Shown here: positions 10,401 to 20,714 of the stretch, piece by piece
Layout: each line of letters opens with the position of its first letter
Position numbering within the stretch: position 1 is the first letter of the stretch
Sequence record: ON287370.1
Reading direction: 5' to 3' (one strand)
Length of the DNA stretch: 64,000 nt
Position numbers and translations under genes: made by a program
Notes under the pieces: model-generated
Databases searched by the model: none
Told to the model about the DNA's origin: nothing
What the model saw: the letters and a program-made list of their open reading frames with translations, nothing else

Positions 10401-11833
10401 AACTCGATATCGTGATAACTGTTGGCAGCTCTTTCATAGAAGTCTTTCTCTTTAGAGGTCAGTTGACCACTGCGAGAGAGTTCGTTCAGTTGACGGTTAA
10501 TAGTGGAAGTTGGGCTTGCCGCTTGAGCAACAGTCAGACTAACGTTCTCAATGGTAGCTCTTTCAAACAGTTCATCAGGAACATCTTGCCCCCAACTATC
10601 TGTTTCTACGTCGTCTTCGTTATCTGACTCAACGGACCCTGTGTCATGTGTTTCAGGATCAGTTTGCGTTCCCTCACTTCGTAAGGTGTCGTTTTGTACA
10701 GGATCAACTCTCGGAGTGCTGGCGTAAAGATCAGCCAAAGAACTACTCCCAGGATTATCACCCACAGCGGCACCCTTCCCAGGAACCCCTTCTTCGGACG
10801 ATTTGTCATCAGCAGTTTCTCTTCTTGTTCCCTGCTCGTCTTGGTCATCGTCGTTGCTATCTTCTTCTTCATCCTTAACTTTCCCAACACTTTCTGAGAT
10901 TGGTGTGACCAAATTAATTAAAGATAAATAAAAGCGTTTGAAGTAGTTGATCTTCAGAGAGCTTGCGGATTCATCTTTAGGTTTATCTGAATAACTCAAA
11001 ACGTTAATCAGATTTTGTAAGTTAACGATCCAGCACTTACCGTTATAAGTAAAGATGATTTCAAGCTGTTGACGAGCCTGATCACTTAAACGGTTAAACT
11101 GACTGTACTTGGCATCGTTGAATCCCATCAAGATACCAAACAGATCTAACAGCCAGAATGACTGTTCAGCTTGGAAAGGTTGAAGTGGAATCTTATCATA
11201 CCGGACAATTTCATAATCTTCATTAAAGAACTTCTTATATTTCTCAAAGTTCAACTGAAGACTCTTGAAGGTCGGGAATACACGAGGAAGTTCAATTTGA
11301 ATAAACTGATGACGACCAAACTTAGCGAATTCATTAACGGAATCAAACAACGTGTACATTTCGTTGTAAGACTTTTGGAATGGTGTAAAGACAGTCCTGC
11401 GTTTATATACAACAGGTATCTGACCCACAGCCAAGTCATTCACTAACAGCTCACCTTCTTTACCAATCGCAGTCTGATACTGACGTACACGGCTATAGAT
11501 AAAGTGTGAACCTTCATAACCTTTGATAACTTTACTTAACTGGATATTTTCGATCTTAGTCGTACCCAATACAGTTTCATAATTAACATTAAAGTAAATG
11601 TTAATCCGTTTATCAAAGTTACTAATAAAAGGTGCGGTGTTACTCGGACCTATTTCACCAGGATGTTGCTGTTGATAGTGAATGAGTGAGTTACGTGGAA
11701 GCATGATATCCCCGACAGGTGTATAGCGGGGATTGGTGACATCATTTACTTTCTCACGAGTACCATACAGTTTAACGAACATGTTATACTGCATGGCCTC
11801 ATTCCCATCAATCATGATAGGTTCTTTGAACAT
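7493..11833 (-). CDS. virion RNA polymerase beta subunit, large part (phiKZ gp178-like)
   Basis: 1446 aa with RpoB-like motifs in the C-terminal half (QQEEVTFGG, DDTKR..FSGVQQSQ, TFEDS, DKFVVGNQMKG) and an acidic low-complexity linker near aa 320-410. Confidence 0.9.
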   Translation of the reverse strand: MFKEPIMIDGNEAMQYNMFVKLYGTREKVNDVTNPRYTPVGDIMLPRNSLIHYQQQHPGEIGPSNTAPFISNFDKRINIYFNVNYETVLGTTKIENIQLSKVIKGYEGSHFIYSRVRQYQTAIGKEGELLVNDLAVGQIPVVYKRRTVFTPFQKSYNEMYTLFDSVNEFAKFGRHQFIQIELPRVFPTFKSLQLNFEKYKKFFNEDYEIVRYDKIPLQPFQAEQSFWLLDLFGILMGFNDAKYSQFNRLSDQARQQLEIIFTYNGKCWIVNLQNLINVLSYSDKPKDESASSLKINYFKRFYLSLINLVTPISESVGKVKDEEEDSNDDDQDEQGTRRETADDKSSEEGVPGKGAAVGDNPGSSSLADLYASTPRVDPVQNDTLRSEGTQTDPETHDTGSVESDNEDDVETDSWGQDVPDELFERATIENVSLTVAQAASPTSTINRQLNELSRSGQLTSKEKDFYERAANSYHDIEFGGHTLAEIVNIKPEDMVLKDTPIAPDSLVITDKSTLKSRTELLSDEYIKNIHQRNILEMILHVQNGGTALTDLEVERTITADSKYDVYTMKFQRVKGGQSTRRMRLPVVEEDGTFTINGVKSYMQLMRMELPIRKISPTKVALTSYYDKKVMVERSTKKVDDYARWLKASIIERSYVDKTLQVSLGGFKPPKDEVCYYYSVLASRFKSIITPDYNFDFDTVTLVDGKRELAKLCNANSWLIGFKGEHPILIDSSGLITVDGAEQGYIEEILGLNISKAPIPTATVNINGYHFPAIVVLSYWIGFSNVLKALKAQYRTVDPDQRPNLGADEYMIQLADERLIFNRRDELTTLVMSGLRKLNNLSNFSRSNLDDPNIWFGLVGDQRVKPSHFKEMTMLYDMFIDPITMRLLEKFKYPVVMDKLIIEAVKLMLSNESKHEIEITEQRFVGYERFAGHVYREMVKATRQARNKPNNGKVTFDLNPEAVMMNIITDSSAQACEEVNPVHQVKQQEEVTFGGTLGRSDRAMVRRTRGQLPNYEGIISEAGKDSGKVGFISYLTSDAKIVDLYGNIDVKEKTTNAGRGSVVMNLLYGTTKDDTKRTLFSGVQQSQVMAADNYVMNPLRTSYDTVLAYRTSELYSSVAKQEGEVTEVTQYGMKVRYEDGSEDKFPLGYEIGKGAGEYHKHMKITDFNVGDKFDKGTILAWDEMFFARDNVDPTRVVWKAGALARIALIEDQFTFEDSIGIVKGFAEASTSPFLKPNDFKVDAVQSIKMHVKVGDTVEYDQILCDIENPVSAVFEADDNGDFDGLDRAGIKQIKAKQSGVISKIEVVYNGDIDGWSESLRSFINKQNGIRSKVAAYKANTATTGNVGGNTSVGKSKVYPDTAVVYIYIDNKIKTTTADKFVVGNQMKGTVGFIYEHPIYTTDGRPVDITFSLKSLLNRMVLSLRDKLVANEVNNVYTERMVSKYGKY

Positions 11834-13449
11834 TATGCTAATCCATTTGTTAATGAGCGTAAAAGGAATTCATGCGGCTCTTGTACTGGGTCATATAAGA
11901 AGTCACCAGAACCTGAGATATAGAAATCACGTTTACCAAACAAACTTTCAATTTCAGCAATGGAGTCTTCAGCCATAATGGAGTTAGCAGACAAGGCGTC
12001 ACCATCGAAGTCACCACCGGCCAAACCTAAGCGAATGTTCGCAATAGACATGCCGTCGAAGTAACTTGGATTCTTAGTCCATTCTGGGAAGTAATTATAA
12101 GTATCAAGCGGAGAACCGTCAATATCTAATAAAGTACGTTTGCTGGAAGTGGAGTTAGTAGGCATTACAAATACACGGCTTGGGTAAATAGAACCGATAC
12201 CTGTAATTGGATAACGTGTAACCTGCAACATCTTCTTCTCAATTGCTTTCACACATTGCATGTAGAAGAACTGAGTATAAGTTACCGGTCTTACTTTCTT
12301 TTTATCGAACGATTCAGGAAGGTCGTCGATGTCATGAAGAAGCATGACATTCTTACCGTCGTCATAAACCAATCCAAGATAATGACCAGCTACCCGAATA
12401 TCGCGGTTTCTCAGGTTAGGAGAACCATAACCATTAAACAGAGAAGTCAAACCATCAGAAGAAGTGAACTTGTCAACAATGACAGGACTCACATCAACAT
12501 AAGTACCTTTTAAGGTTTTAGGATCGACTAAACGTGCAACACCCATACCAGAAGTGAAGACTTCACTCAGGAACCCGTTTGAGAGTTCGTGGATGGCCAC
12601 CAGGTTGAATCCAAGCAATGCCTGATACAAACCGATGATCGTTGAGTTAGGATCCCCTGTGACGTTCTCATCGCAGTTCTCAACGGAGACTTTACGAGAA
12701 GTAATAACGTTACGAGTTGCACCAAAGATACTACGACGTGACATACGACGTTGCATGAAGCCACGTTTACCTTCTTGCATCTTAAATAAGAAGTCTGCAA
12801 TGTTGTTGAAGGATTCTTGTAAGCCCCAGCGAATGTTATCGTAAACCGGATCTTCAATATCAACGTTTCTGACGTTAAGTGATTTAGAACGGAAAATCAG
12901 TTTACGATAAAGGTCGTTGATTTCATTTTCAGATACAACACCATTATTCATTTCGATATCACGGATACCGGCAGGAATAACAATGACTTTATTAGAAAGT
13001 GCTTTGTCTCTGAATTCTTCTATCAAGTCGATCTTCTGTTTACGTTTGAAAGATTCATTCTGAGCTGGATCGAGTTCATGGAAATGAGAGATAAAGAATG
13101 CATATCCAGTATCACCTTCCAGAATGTTGGATTTTATGAAATCCTTATCCGCAGCATCCCAAACTGCATATGCTCTACCCCGGATGATTTCACCGTACAA
13201 AGCTTTCAATTGGATTAGAGCTTTAAAATACGTGGGGTTGAATATTGGGAGAGTAACATCTATATATGAGGTAGTCTTATCACGTTCATCTGTACCTACA
13301 CGGCCAAAGATGGAAGTTGAATAAAGACCATCATCATTCAAGTTACTAGTTTGCCCTTCGAATGAGTCTGCCACCGTAACAGGTGTCATCATTCCCCAGG
13401 GCACCTTGTTTGTATCAAGCAAGGTAAAGTTAGTAGGTTTTCTGCTCAT
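11833..13449 (-). CDS. virion RNA polymerase beta' subunit part carrying the catalytic motif (phiKZ gp180-like)
   Basis: GGDFDGD metal-binding motif, plus LYSTSIFG, PIFNP and RYP motifs typical of RpoC. Confidence 0.92.
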   Translation of the reverse strand: MSRKPTNFTLLDTNKVPWGMMTPVTVADSFEGQTSNLNDDGLYSTSIFGRVGTDERDKTTSYIDVTLPIFNPTYFKALIQLKALYGEIIRGRAYAVWDAADKDFIKSNILEGDTGYAFFISHFHELDPAQNESFKRKQKIDLIEEFRDKALSNKVIVIPAGIRDIEMNNGVVSENEINDLYRKLIFRSKSLNVRNVDIEDPVYDNIRWGLQESFNNIADFLFKMQEGKRGFMQRRMSRRSIFGATRNVITSRKVSVENCDENVTGDPNSTIIGLYQALLGFNLVAIHELSNGFLSEVFTSGMGVARLVDPKTLKGTYVDVSPVIVDKFTSSDGLTSLFNGYGSPNLRNRDIRVAGHYLGLVYDDGKNVMLLHDIDDLPESFDKKKVRPVTYTQFFYMQCVKAIEKKMLQVTRYPITGIGSIYPSRVFVMPTNSTSSKRTLLDIDGSPLDTYNYFPEWTKNPSYFDGMSIANIRLGLAGGDFDGDALSANSIMAEDSIAEIESLFGKRDFYISGSGDFLYDPVQEPHEFLLRSLTNGLA

Positions 13450-13479
13450 TACTGAGATATCCTAAACGAGGGTAAATTA

Positions 13480-16400
13480 ATGGCAAGCGATAATTTCGAT
13501 ATGGATTGGGGAGATGATCCATTTGCCGGGGATATAGATTTCGATATGGACTTCGATATGGATCCCTTTAAAGGTAAGGGTTTCGTCCGCAGCCTCACCA
13601 CAGGTTTCCTGCAAGGTGCTGTAGATGAGACTTTAGGTTCCGGTGCTGCTCGTATGAGAACACTGAGAACTATCTTACCAAGTTCTTACAGCAATGCCCT
13701 CGATAAACTTTCATTTGTCAGTAGTCGTGTTGACGACTTAGTCAGAGAGTTTAAAGAGGAAAATGCTGAATCCGCCAAATCCTTACAAAGCATTGCTTCC
13801 CACCTCAATCAGAGAATGGGTTCAAAGCTTCCGGGTTTCGCTCAAAATGCATTAGGTAATTTCAGCGATAAAGACTTCTCCATGTGGGAACGTTTAGATC
13901 CTGAAAATCCAAACTTCAAAACCAGAATTGATGGTGTTAATGAAGACGATGTCGACCAAGCTATTGATGCTTCAGTTATGGCTCAGTCTTCGATGTTCGC
14001 CTCTTTGGGTGAATCAATTAACAGCATGGCTGCCACTGTTGGTGGTCAACTATCAGCTACTATTGGTGCTGGTAACCGTCAACTGGTAAATATAGAAGGT
14101 GGTATTAGAGACCTTCTGAGTTATCAAAGAAACGTCCAGGCTAAGTTAGATCAAGCCAAGTTAAACTTGATGGCTCGCTCATATGTACAAGACGCTAAGT
14201 TCTACAAGTTTATGGAAGCAGGTGTTCATGCTGAAGTGGCAGAACTGAAACGCATTGTTCAATATAGTAAACTTTCAGACTTCGAGAAAACTAGTAACCT
14301 CACCGCATCTAAAGCGTACATGCGCAACAGTGTCTTCAATGCTGTTGGTAAACGTGTCGGTGGTGTCACTGGGATGCTCCGTGATCGTTTCAATGCCGAT
14401 TCTCGTAAAGAGAGTTATGGTGTTGTCGGGGACCTCTTAGGGAACCTTGCAGACGGTTTGGAGATGGGTAGTGATGTTGGGTTTAGTCGTGGGTTACTCG
14501 GTAACATCATCGGTAAGATGGTTGCTGGTGTAGCTGTTGATCAACTTCCCTACTTCTTTACTCGTGGTCCAGGTAAACGAGCAGTTGATTCACTGATTAG
14601 AAAGTATCCTGAACAAGGTGCCTTCATCAAAGATCAAATTGCTAAAGTTACCGATATGGGTAATACCGTTTCCCATATTGCAATGTCTGGTGCTGGTATC
14701 GCCAACTACATGGCAGATAACTGGCAGCCTTTAGATGAAATGCGTTTCTACGATTATGAGGAGTATGTTGATTCATTACCTCCTGGTCGTAAGCCACTTC
14801 CTAAAGCTGTATGGGCTACTAAGAACGCTGCAGAGAACAAAGCTAAACAATCTCTTAACCGACTGATGAGTGAGACTACACGTTCACGTGGGACTCAATA
14901 CACCATCAATCGGCGTAATCCTAAAGACTTGGATAAGCCAGGTATTTGGAAAGAGATGAACAACATCACGTTGAATGAAGTCCTTCCAGGATTGATTTCT
15001 CAAACCAACCTTATCTTGGAAAAGATGAGAACTGGTCGAGATGATGTTGAGTCAGTTGGGTATAACTACACTCGTGGTCAATTCCAGAAAGACTCCGATC
15101 GTAGAATCTCTGTTGCATCTGACCTGATGCCTCATTCAGAGTTCCGCAGCTTCACATCTGCTGCTTTGAATATGGTTGACTCTTTAGACCCTGATAAAAT
15201 GTTGTCACCAGGTGCTCGTAAAGCTCTGGCAAAACAGATCGTTGTCGATGTGGATAAAGAGTATGGATTCCAACCACTTTATTACTTAGGTGACATTCCA
15301 GGTGTTTCTCCAGAAAACCTGAAAGAGATCCATGCAGTAATGAAGCGTCACTTTGGAATCACTGATTCTGAAGTTCAACAGTTCCAGTCTGGCGATGGAA
15401 TGACCAGAACCAAGATGCTTGGTCGTTTAGGGACTGCTGAAGGTCGTGAACGTTTAAATGCTGCAAGTTCCCAAGCCCAGGACTTGAAAGCTAACATTCC
15501 TAATATCGCTGAACGTATTAATCTGTTACGTGCTACTGGTAACGAACAGATGCTCCGTGACTTAGGAGTTATCTATACCGATAATGGTATCGATCGAATT
15601 AATATCCAGGCTTTCCATGATCGCATTGGTCAGTACATGGATAACCCAGATAACCCTGTACTGAAAGGCGCGACTCCTAGCGGCAATGGCCCTACTCCAA
15701 CACTGGGTGGGTTGAGAGCTGGTGCAGGTCCGACTGTTAATCCTTACGAAGACCTGAACAATACCTTAGGAACGTTGAATGAAAGACTAAGTAATCTTGA
15801 CCAGCTTAGATCTTCTACAACTGTTAATTGGGACTCTCAGTCTGGTGTCTTTAGTGATATCAAAACAAGTAACCAGGGTATCCTTGATAAGACGACAGAA
15901 ATGTCTATGCTTCTCACTACCTTACTTGATCTAGCTAAAGCAGGCAAACTGTTCTCAGGTGCTCCTGGTCCTCGTGAAGAGAGACAAGAAGAAACTGCTA
16001 AACGTTCTGTTCTAGATAAAGTCAAGAAACTGGTTCCAGAAAACATCCTGGGTAGATCTGCCGAATTCCTCATGAAGAATAACCCACTTATTCTGGGTGG
16101 CTTATTAGGTGGTGTTGCATCATCATTCATGCAGAACCCAATCATGGCTGCTTCTGTAGCTGGATTAGGTTTACTGGGCGGTGCTTATTTACAACACCGT
16201 CAGAAGTCCGGTGCTGCTCCTGATGGAGACATGCCAAGTGATGATGAAGATATCATTGACGAGTCTGGCGAACCTATTCTGAAAGCTTCTAAGCTGAGAA
16301 TGGGCGACTACATGGATATGGCTACCAAGAAGATCATTAAAACTTGGGAAGATATTCGTGGTCCAATTATGGATGTTACAACTAAGACTGTAATTGGGGC

Positions 16401-19400
16401 TAGAGAGCTTGCTGGTAAGATCTTTGGACCAGATGGTAGAGCAGTGGCACTTAAGGGTCTTCGTGCTGTTAGAGACGCTGCTGTGGGTGCATACAACCTC
16501 ATTAATCCGATGGATCGTATTAGATCAACTATCCAACTGGGTAAAGAGTTCATGTACCAACAGGATGTTTATCTCAAATCGGATTTAAAGAATCCTGTTC
16601 TGAGAGCATCTAAGTTTAAAGCCGGTGATTATTTCGTTCGCGATGCCAATGGTAGTTTCAAACCAATCTCTGGCTGGAATGAGATTGATGGAGCTGTTTA
16701 TGATAACCAAGGTAATCAACTGGTTAGTGAAGAGGAATATCAGTCCGGTCTGGTCACTGCCTCAGGTGCTGCTGTACGTAATGTGGGCGGCATGGCTGCT
16801 AATATGGTTGGCAGTGCAGCGGGGTTGGTTAAGTCTGGAATCAATAACCTCCTCGGAAGGTTTGGATATACTCAAGGGCCTAATGCAGGTCCTGGCGCAA
16901 ATGGTCCAAACAAAACTGGTCCAAATGGGGTGGAACGTCGTCTAGACAAAATCTATCGCCTATTGTGTAAGCAGTTTGATATTCCAGGTGAAGTAGATCC
17001 AGATGAACCGTTAGGTGTAACTGGTGAGCCTTCTACAGGTGGAATGCGTTTGAACTCCTTGGCTTGGAAAGAAAAAGAAGCTGAGAAGAAAGAGAAACAT
17101 CGTGTAAATGAAGCCATCATCAATATCTCTGAAACCCTTGGTGGAAGTAAAGATGAAAAAGGACCTAAGAAAGAAGGCAACGGTTTATTTGATAAACTGA
17201 AAGGCTTGATCATGGGTGCTGGCGGCTTCGCTGTCAAACTGTTTAAGAATCCTCTTGGTGCCATTGGGGATGTACTTGGTGGTCTTGGTAAATTTGCAAT
17301 CGGGACTACTGCGGCTTCTATTAAGCGTCTAGGTAAAATCGGCACTGCATTGTTCTCAGGTGTTCTCGGTTTAGCTTCACCTATTTATAAACTTCTGAAG
17401 ACTGGCTTTGTTAAACTTGCTCAAGCATTCATGATGGGCAAAGCAGCAGGTGGTGGTCTGAAAGGTTTACTGGGTAGAGGTTCTCCTGTAGATGATCTTG
17501 ATGTGGAACAACGTGGTCAAGCCGGTAAACGTAAGAAAGGTAAAGCCGGGAAGGCTGGCAAGGTTGCCCGTGGTGGCCGTTTAGCTAGAATGGGAAGAAT
17601 GGCCTTTGGATCTCCTACCGCAGCGGTTGGCAGTTATCTACTTGCTGATATGTTTGGTGATGATACTCAGGATGCTACCCCAACTTCTGGTGCCGATATC
17701 AGTGTCGGTGAACGTGACCCAGTAACCGGCCATTATCGTACAGGTGGGGATGCTATTGTTGATACATTAACTTCTTGGCTTCCTTCTGGTATGTTGGCAA
17801 AAGCTGCTGCTGATTCCCTTCCTATGGATAAAGAAACCAGAGAGAGTGCTAACAACTACGGGATTTTCTGGTCTAGCGATAAGAAGTTCTTCTTTAAACG
17901 TGACGAGATGGAAGCTTGGGAAGATAAGATCAATGGGATTTCTAAAACAGCTGATGGTTACGGTGAACTGAAACCTCAGTATGCTACTCAACCTCGCGCC
18001 GTTCGTTTTGCCATGTATGGTTGTTCTGATCAGCAGTCTTCCTTTGGTAGACGTATTGGTTGGTTGGAACAGGTACTTTATCCTTACGTAACCATTCGTG
18101 ATAATAGGGCTTCATTGAAGAATGATACCCCGGTTGAAAAGATCCTAACTGATTTCTTGAATTCAGATACAGGTTCTAATCGCGATGCAGGTGCAGTACA
18201 AACTTGGTTTATCGCTCGTTTCAAACCAGTCTTCCTTGTTTCTAATGCGGCAGTCTCTGTTGCTAAAATGGGAGACCTGGAGTCGTTTGATAATGCCAAA
18301 GGCTATGAAGTTGTACAGGTACTGGAGCGAGTCCAACAGACTCTAAATACATTCTCCCCTAATCCATTCACTATTGATGTTCGTGTGGATTCGAAGTACG
18401 GGACAATGGGTCCAGAATCTACGAGACACAAAATCGATGCAGTTCTCAAGGATATGGAGAAAACTTATCCTAAGCCACCAATGGCTGTTGAGAAGATTGC
18501 ACCGACTGTTGAAGCACAAGCTAAAGCACAGGCTTCTGGTACACCTAAAGAAACAGGTCCAAGTGCAGATATCACGGCTCAGGATGCGATGTCTAAAATA
18601 GCGGCTAAAGCTTCTATGGATGATATTGCTAAACGCTTTAGTCAACCTGAACAGGTTAAGACTATTGATATTTCTGACTTGATGCCTGGTGGTGATCAAG
18701 AGATGGATCCATTTGTAATGACCCGTCTTGCAGTTTATGGTAACATTGATAACATGCCTTGGCGTGTAGAAGCCGTATTACGTTTAGAACGTTACGTCGA
18801 ATCTTACATCATGGTCATTGGGGATCAAGCCAGATTCACCGGCAAATCTTCCCAACTGTTAGAATTGTTCAAACCTGCATTCCGGATCTCTAACCAGATT
18901 TCAGAAATGAACTGGATGACTTGGTTCCGTGATCGCTTCTTACCTACCTTGATGACTTATACTGTTGAAGTTAAGAAATTAACAGGTGTGGTGCCTTCCC
19001 GTGGTTGGAAGCAACTATCTGCAACTAACCGTGCTAAGATTGCTAGAAAGCTTACTGAACAAATGGTGACAGTTGATCAACAACTTAAAACTGTTTGGGA
19101 AGTTGCTGCTTCTCCATTCCCTAATTCTACTTCTGGTAAATGGTCTGACCGTGCTGACAAGTATCTGAAGATCTTGGATGTTAAAGCGCAGGAAGCAAGA
19201 CTCAAAGATCCAGAGTTGGAAGAAGAGAAATCTCGTGGTACTTCTGGTGATGATCCAGTACAATTGGCTCAAGCAGCAAGGAACAAGCATGTAGCCCAAT
19301 CCGCTATCCAAGAAGTCTTTGGTAGTAGTAAAGGAATTGGGGGATCTTCATTCACTCCATCTATGAGTGGCGTAAGAACCGGTGGACCTACAAGTGTCTA

Positions 19401-20676
19401 CCCTAACCCTACCATGAGTATCGAAGGTGGTGGTGCTGGTTCTGCTGGTCAATTCATGGGTAAACCTGATGCTAACTTTAATCCAGAGTTCTTGAAGAAA
19501 GCAGGTGAAGATAAAGGGATCAAGATGTCTCCTGAACAAGGTGAGAAGCTCATGCTTAATCATCTTCTCAAGGCAGGTATCGCTGATGTCAAAACTATTG
19601 CGCTTGCACTAGCGATGGTTAAGAAAGAAACAGGTAACTACCAGAACACAGTGGAGAACACTAACTGGTCGGCACCTACCCTGTTGAAATACTTCAAGAA
19701 TATACCTGACGCAGCTACAGCTCAGAAGGTCGCAGCAATGTCTCCTCCTGAACGTGCTATGTGGGTTTATGGTCGTGCACCGAAAGGTCCACAGTTAGGT
19801 AATCAGAGTCCTGAAGACGGTTGGAAATATCGTGGTCGTGGTTTCTTCCAATTAACTGGTAAAGCAAACTACGAAAGGTTCAAGAAAGAAACGGGTATTG
19901 ATGTTGTCAATAATCCACAATTGGTTTCTGAGGATCCAAATGTAATGGCTGAATCAGCCGTTAGATTCCTTAAGAACAACAAAGCAATGCTTTCTATTGC
20001 TAAGACTGGAGACTTTGACACAGCGGTTCGTGGAATCAATGGTGGGAACTCAGTCCCTGCCACAGATGAACGTCGTCAATATTACCAGGAATACTTGAAC
20101 AAACTACGTAATGGTGATTTGGCTCTGGATGGTGCCGAAGCAGAACAAGCTGCTAGTACTCCTCCTGCTCCAACTGATCAACCTCCAGCTGCTGCTGATA
20201 AAGGTGCGCCTGCTGGCTCTCCAGCTATCGACACACCAATTGCAACTCCTGTTGGACAGAATACTGTTCCTGACTTATTAAAAGCGGACGCTCAGAAATC
20301 TGCACCATCTAATGCAGGCACTCCACCTCCAATGCAAACAGCATCAACGTTTGATAGTGGTGTGGTTGCAGGTGACGATAATGATGGTCCGGTTAATACA
20401 GTTAACTCCAGTGCTCCATCCAAAGGTCAGCCTTCTGCTCCTACTTCATCTTCTGGTCCTACAGCTCCTAAACCAGCTTCTGTCAAAGAAGCAGCTAAAC
20501 CAGTTGATAAGCAAGCAGAAGTTAAAGCTACACCAGCTCCTGCAATGCCTGATCATATCAATACCACTGATGCTACTGCGGCTAGTCAACTTGCTATTGC
20601 GAACCAAACGCTTAACAAGATTGCTCAGCTGTTGGAAAGAAGTCAGAGTAATCAACCAACGGTAAGAATGAATTAA
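13480..20676 (+). CDS. large tail-associated protein with a C-terminal GH19 (chitinase/lysozyme-like) domain, phiKZ gp181-like
   Basis: 2398 aa. KKETGN...EN and GWKYRGRGFFQLTGKANY are GH19 motifs. It also has Gly/Ala hydrophobic segments, internal repeats and a Pro/Ala-rich C-terminal linker, and is divergent from the beta' gene as in phiKZ. Confidence 0.85.
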   Translation: MASDNFDMDWGDDPFAGDIDFDMDFDMDPFKGKGFVRSLTTGFLQGAVDETLGSGAARMRTLRTILPSSYSNALDKLSFVSSRVDDLVREFKEENAESAKSLQSIASHLNQRMGSKLPGFAQNALGNFSDKDFSMWERLDPENPNFKTRIDGVNEDDVDQAIDASVMAQSSMFASLGESINSMAATVGGQLSATIGAGNRQLVNIEGGIRDLLSYQRNVQAKLDQAKLNLMARSYVQDAKFYKFMEAGVHAEVAELKRIVQYSKLSDFEKTSNLTASKAYMRNSVFNAVGKRVGGVTGMLRDRFNADSRKESYGVVGDLLGNLADGLEMGSDVGFSRGLLGNIIGKMVAGVAVDQLPYFFTRGPGKRAVDSLIRKYPEQGAFIKDQIAKVTDMGNTVSHIAMSGAGIANYMADNWQPLDEMRFYDYEEYVDSLPPGRKPLPKAVWATKNAAENKAKQSLNRLMSETTRSRGTQYTINRRNPKDLDKPGIWKEMNNITLNEVLPGLISQTNLILEKMRTGRDDVESVGYNYTRGQFQKDSDRRISVASDLMPHSEFRSFTSAALNMVDSLDPDKMLSPGARKALAKQIVVDVDKEYGFQPLYYLGDIPGVSPENLKEIHAVMKRHFGITDSEVQQFQSGDGMTRTKMLGRLGTAEGRERLNAASSQAQDLKANIPNIAERINLLRATGNEQMLRDLGVIYTDNGIDRINIQAFHDRIGQYMDNPDNPVLKGATPSGNGPTPTLGGLRAGAGPTVNPYEDLNNTLGTLNERLSNLDQLRSSTTVNWDSQSGVFSDIKTSNQGILDKTTEMSMLLTTLLDLAKAGKLFSGAPGPREERQEETAKRSVLDKVKKLVPENILGRSAEFLMKNNPLILGGLLGGVASSFMQNPIMAASVAGLGLLGGAYLQHRQKSGAAPDGDMPSDDEDIIDESGEPILKASKLRMGDYMDMATKKIIKTWEDIRGPIMDVTTKTVIGARELAGKIFGPDGRAVALKGLRAVRDAAVGAYNLINPMDRIRSTIQLGKEFMYQQDVYLKSDLKNPVLRASKFKAGDYFVRDANGSFKPISGWNEIDGAVYDNQGNQLVSEEEYQSGLVTASGAAVRNVGGMAANMVGSAAGLVKSGINNLLGRFGYTQGPNAGPGANGPNKTGPNGVERRLDKIYRLLCKQFDIPGEVDPDEPLGVTGEPSTGGMRLNSLAWKEKEAEKKEKHRVNEAIINISETLGGSKDEKGPKKEGNGLFDKLKGLIMGAGGFAVKLFKNPLGAIGDVLGGLGKFAIGTTAASIKRLGKIGTALFSGVLGLASPIYKLLKTGFVKLAQAFMMGKAAGGGLKGLLGRGSPVDDLDVEQRGQAGKRKKGKAGKAGKVARGGRLARMGRMAFGSPTAAVGSYLLADMFGDDTQDATPTSGADISVGERDPVTGHYRTGGDAIVDTLTSWLPSGMLAKAAADSLPMDKETRESANNYGIFWSSDKKFFFKRDEMEAWEDKINGISKTADGYGELKPQYATQPRAVRFAMYGCSDQQSSFGRRIGWLEQVLYPYVTIRDNRASLKNDTPVEKILTDFLNSDTGSNRDAGAVQTWFIARFKPVFLVSNAAVSVAKMGDLESFDNAKGYEVVQVLERVQQTLNTFSPNPFTIDVRVDSKYGTMGPESTRHKIDAVLKDMEKTYPKPPMAVEKIAPTVEAQAKAQASGTPKETGPSADITAQDAMSKIAAKASMDDIAKRFSQPEQVKTIDISDLMPGGDQEMDPFVMTRLAVYGNIDNMPWRVEAVLRLERYVESYIMVIGDQARFTGKSSQLLELFKPAFRISNQISEMNWMTWFRDRFLPTLMTYTVEVKKLTGVVPSRGWKQLSATNRAKIARKLTEQMVTVDQQLKTVWEVAASPFPNSTSGKWSDRADKYLKILDVKAQEARLKDPELEEEKSRGTSGDDPVQLAQAARNKHVAQSAIQEVFGSSKGIGGSSFTPSMSGVRTGGPTSVYPNPTMSIEGGGAGSAGQFMGKPDANFNPEFLKKAGEDKGIKMSPEQGEKLMLNHLLKAGIADVKTIALALAMVKKETGNYQNTVENTNWSAPTLLKYFKNIPDAATAQKVAAMSPPERAMWVYGRAPKGPQLGNQSPEDGWKYRGRGFFQLTGKANYERFKKETGIDVVNNPQLVSEDPNVMAESAVRFLKNNKAMLSIAKTGDFDTAVRGINGGNSVPATDERRQYYQEYLNKLRNGDLALDGAEAEQAASTPPAPTDQPPAAADKGAPAGSPAIDTPIATPVGQNTVPDLLKADAQKSAPSNAGTPPPMQTASTFDSGVVAGDDNDGPVNTVNSSAPSKGQPSAPTSSSGPTAPKPASVKEAAKPVDKQAEVKATPAPAMPDHINTTDATAASQLAIANQTLNKIAQLLERSQSNQPTVRMN

Positions 20677-20680
20677 GATG

Positions 20681-20698
20681 AGGGGACTTCGGTCCCCT
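20681..20698 (+). terminator. UUCG hairpin between the gp181-like and gp182-like genes
   Basis: aggggac-ttcg-gtcccct with a weak U tract; could be a terminator or a processing/stability hairpin. Confidence 0.45.
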
Positions 20699-20714
20699 TA
20701 CTTTAGAGGTAAAC

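Noticed and set aside
7493-13449. Possible intein, intron or HNH gene in or between the RNAP genes, as in some relatives
   Set aside because: Both ORFs are continuous and directly coupled at 11833, and I saw no intein splice motifs or endonuclease signature.
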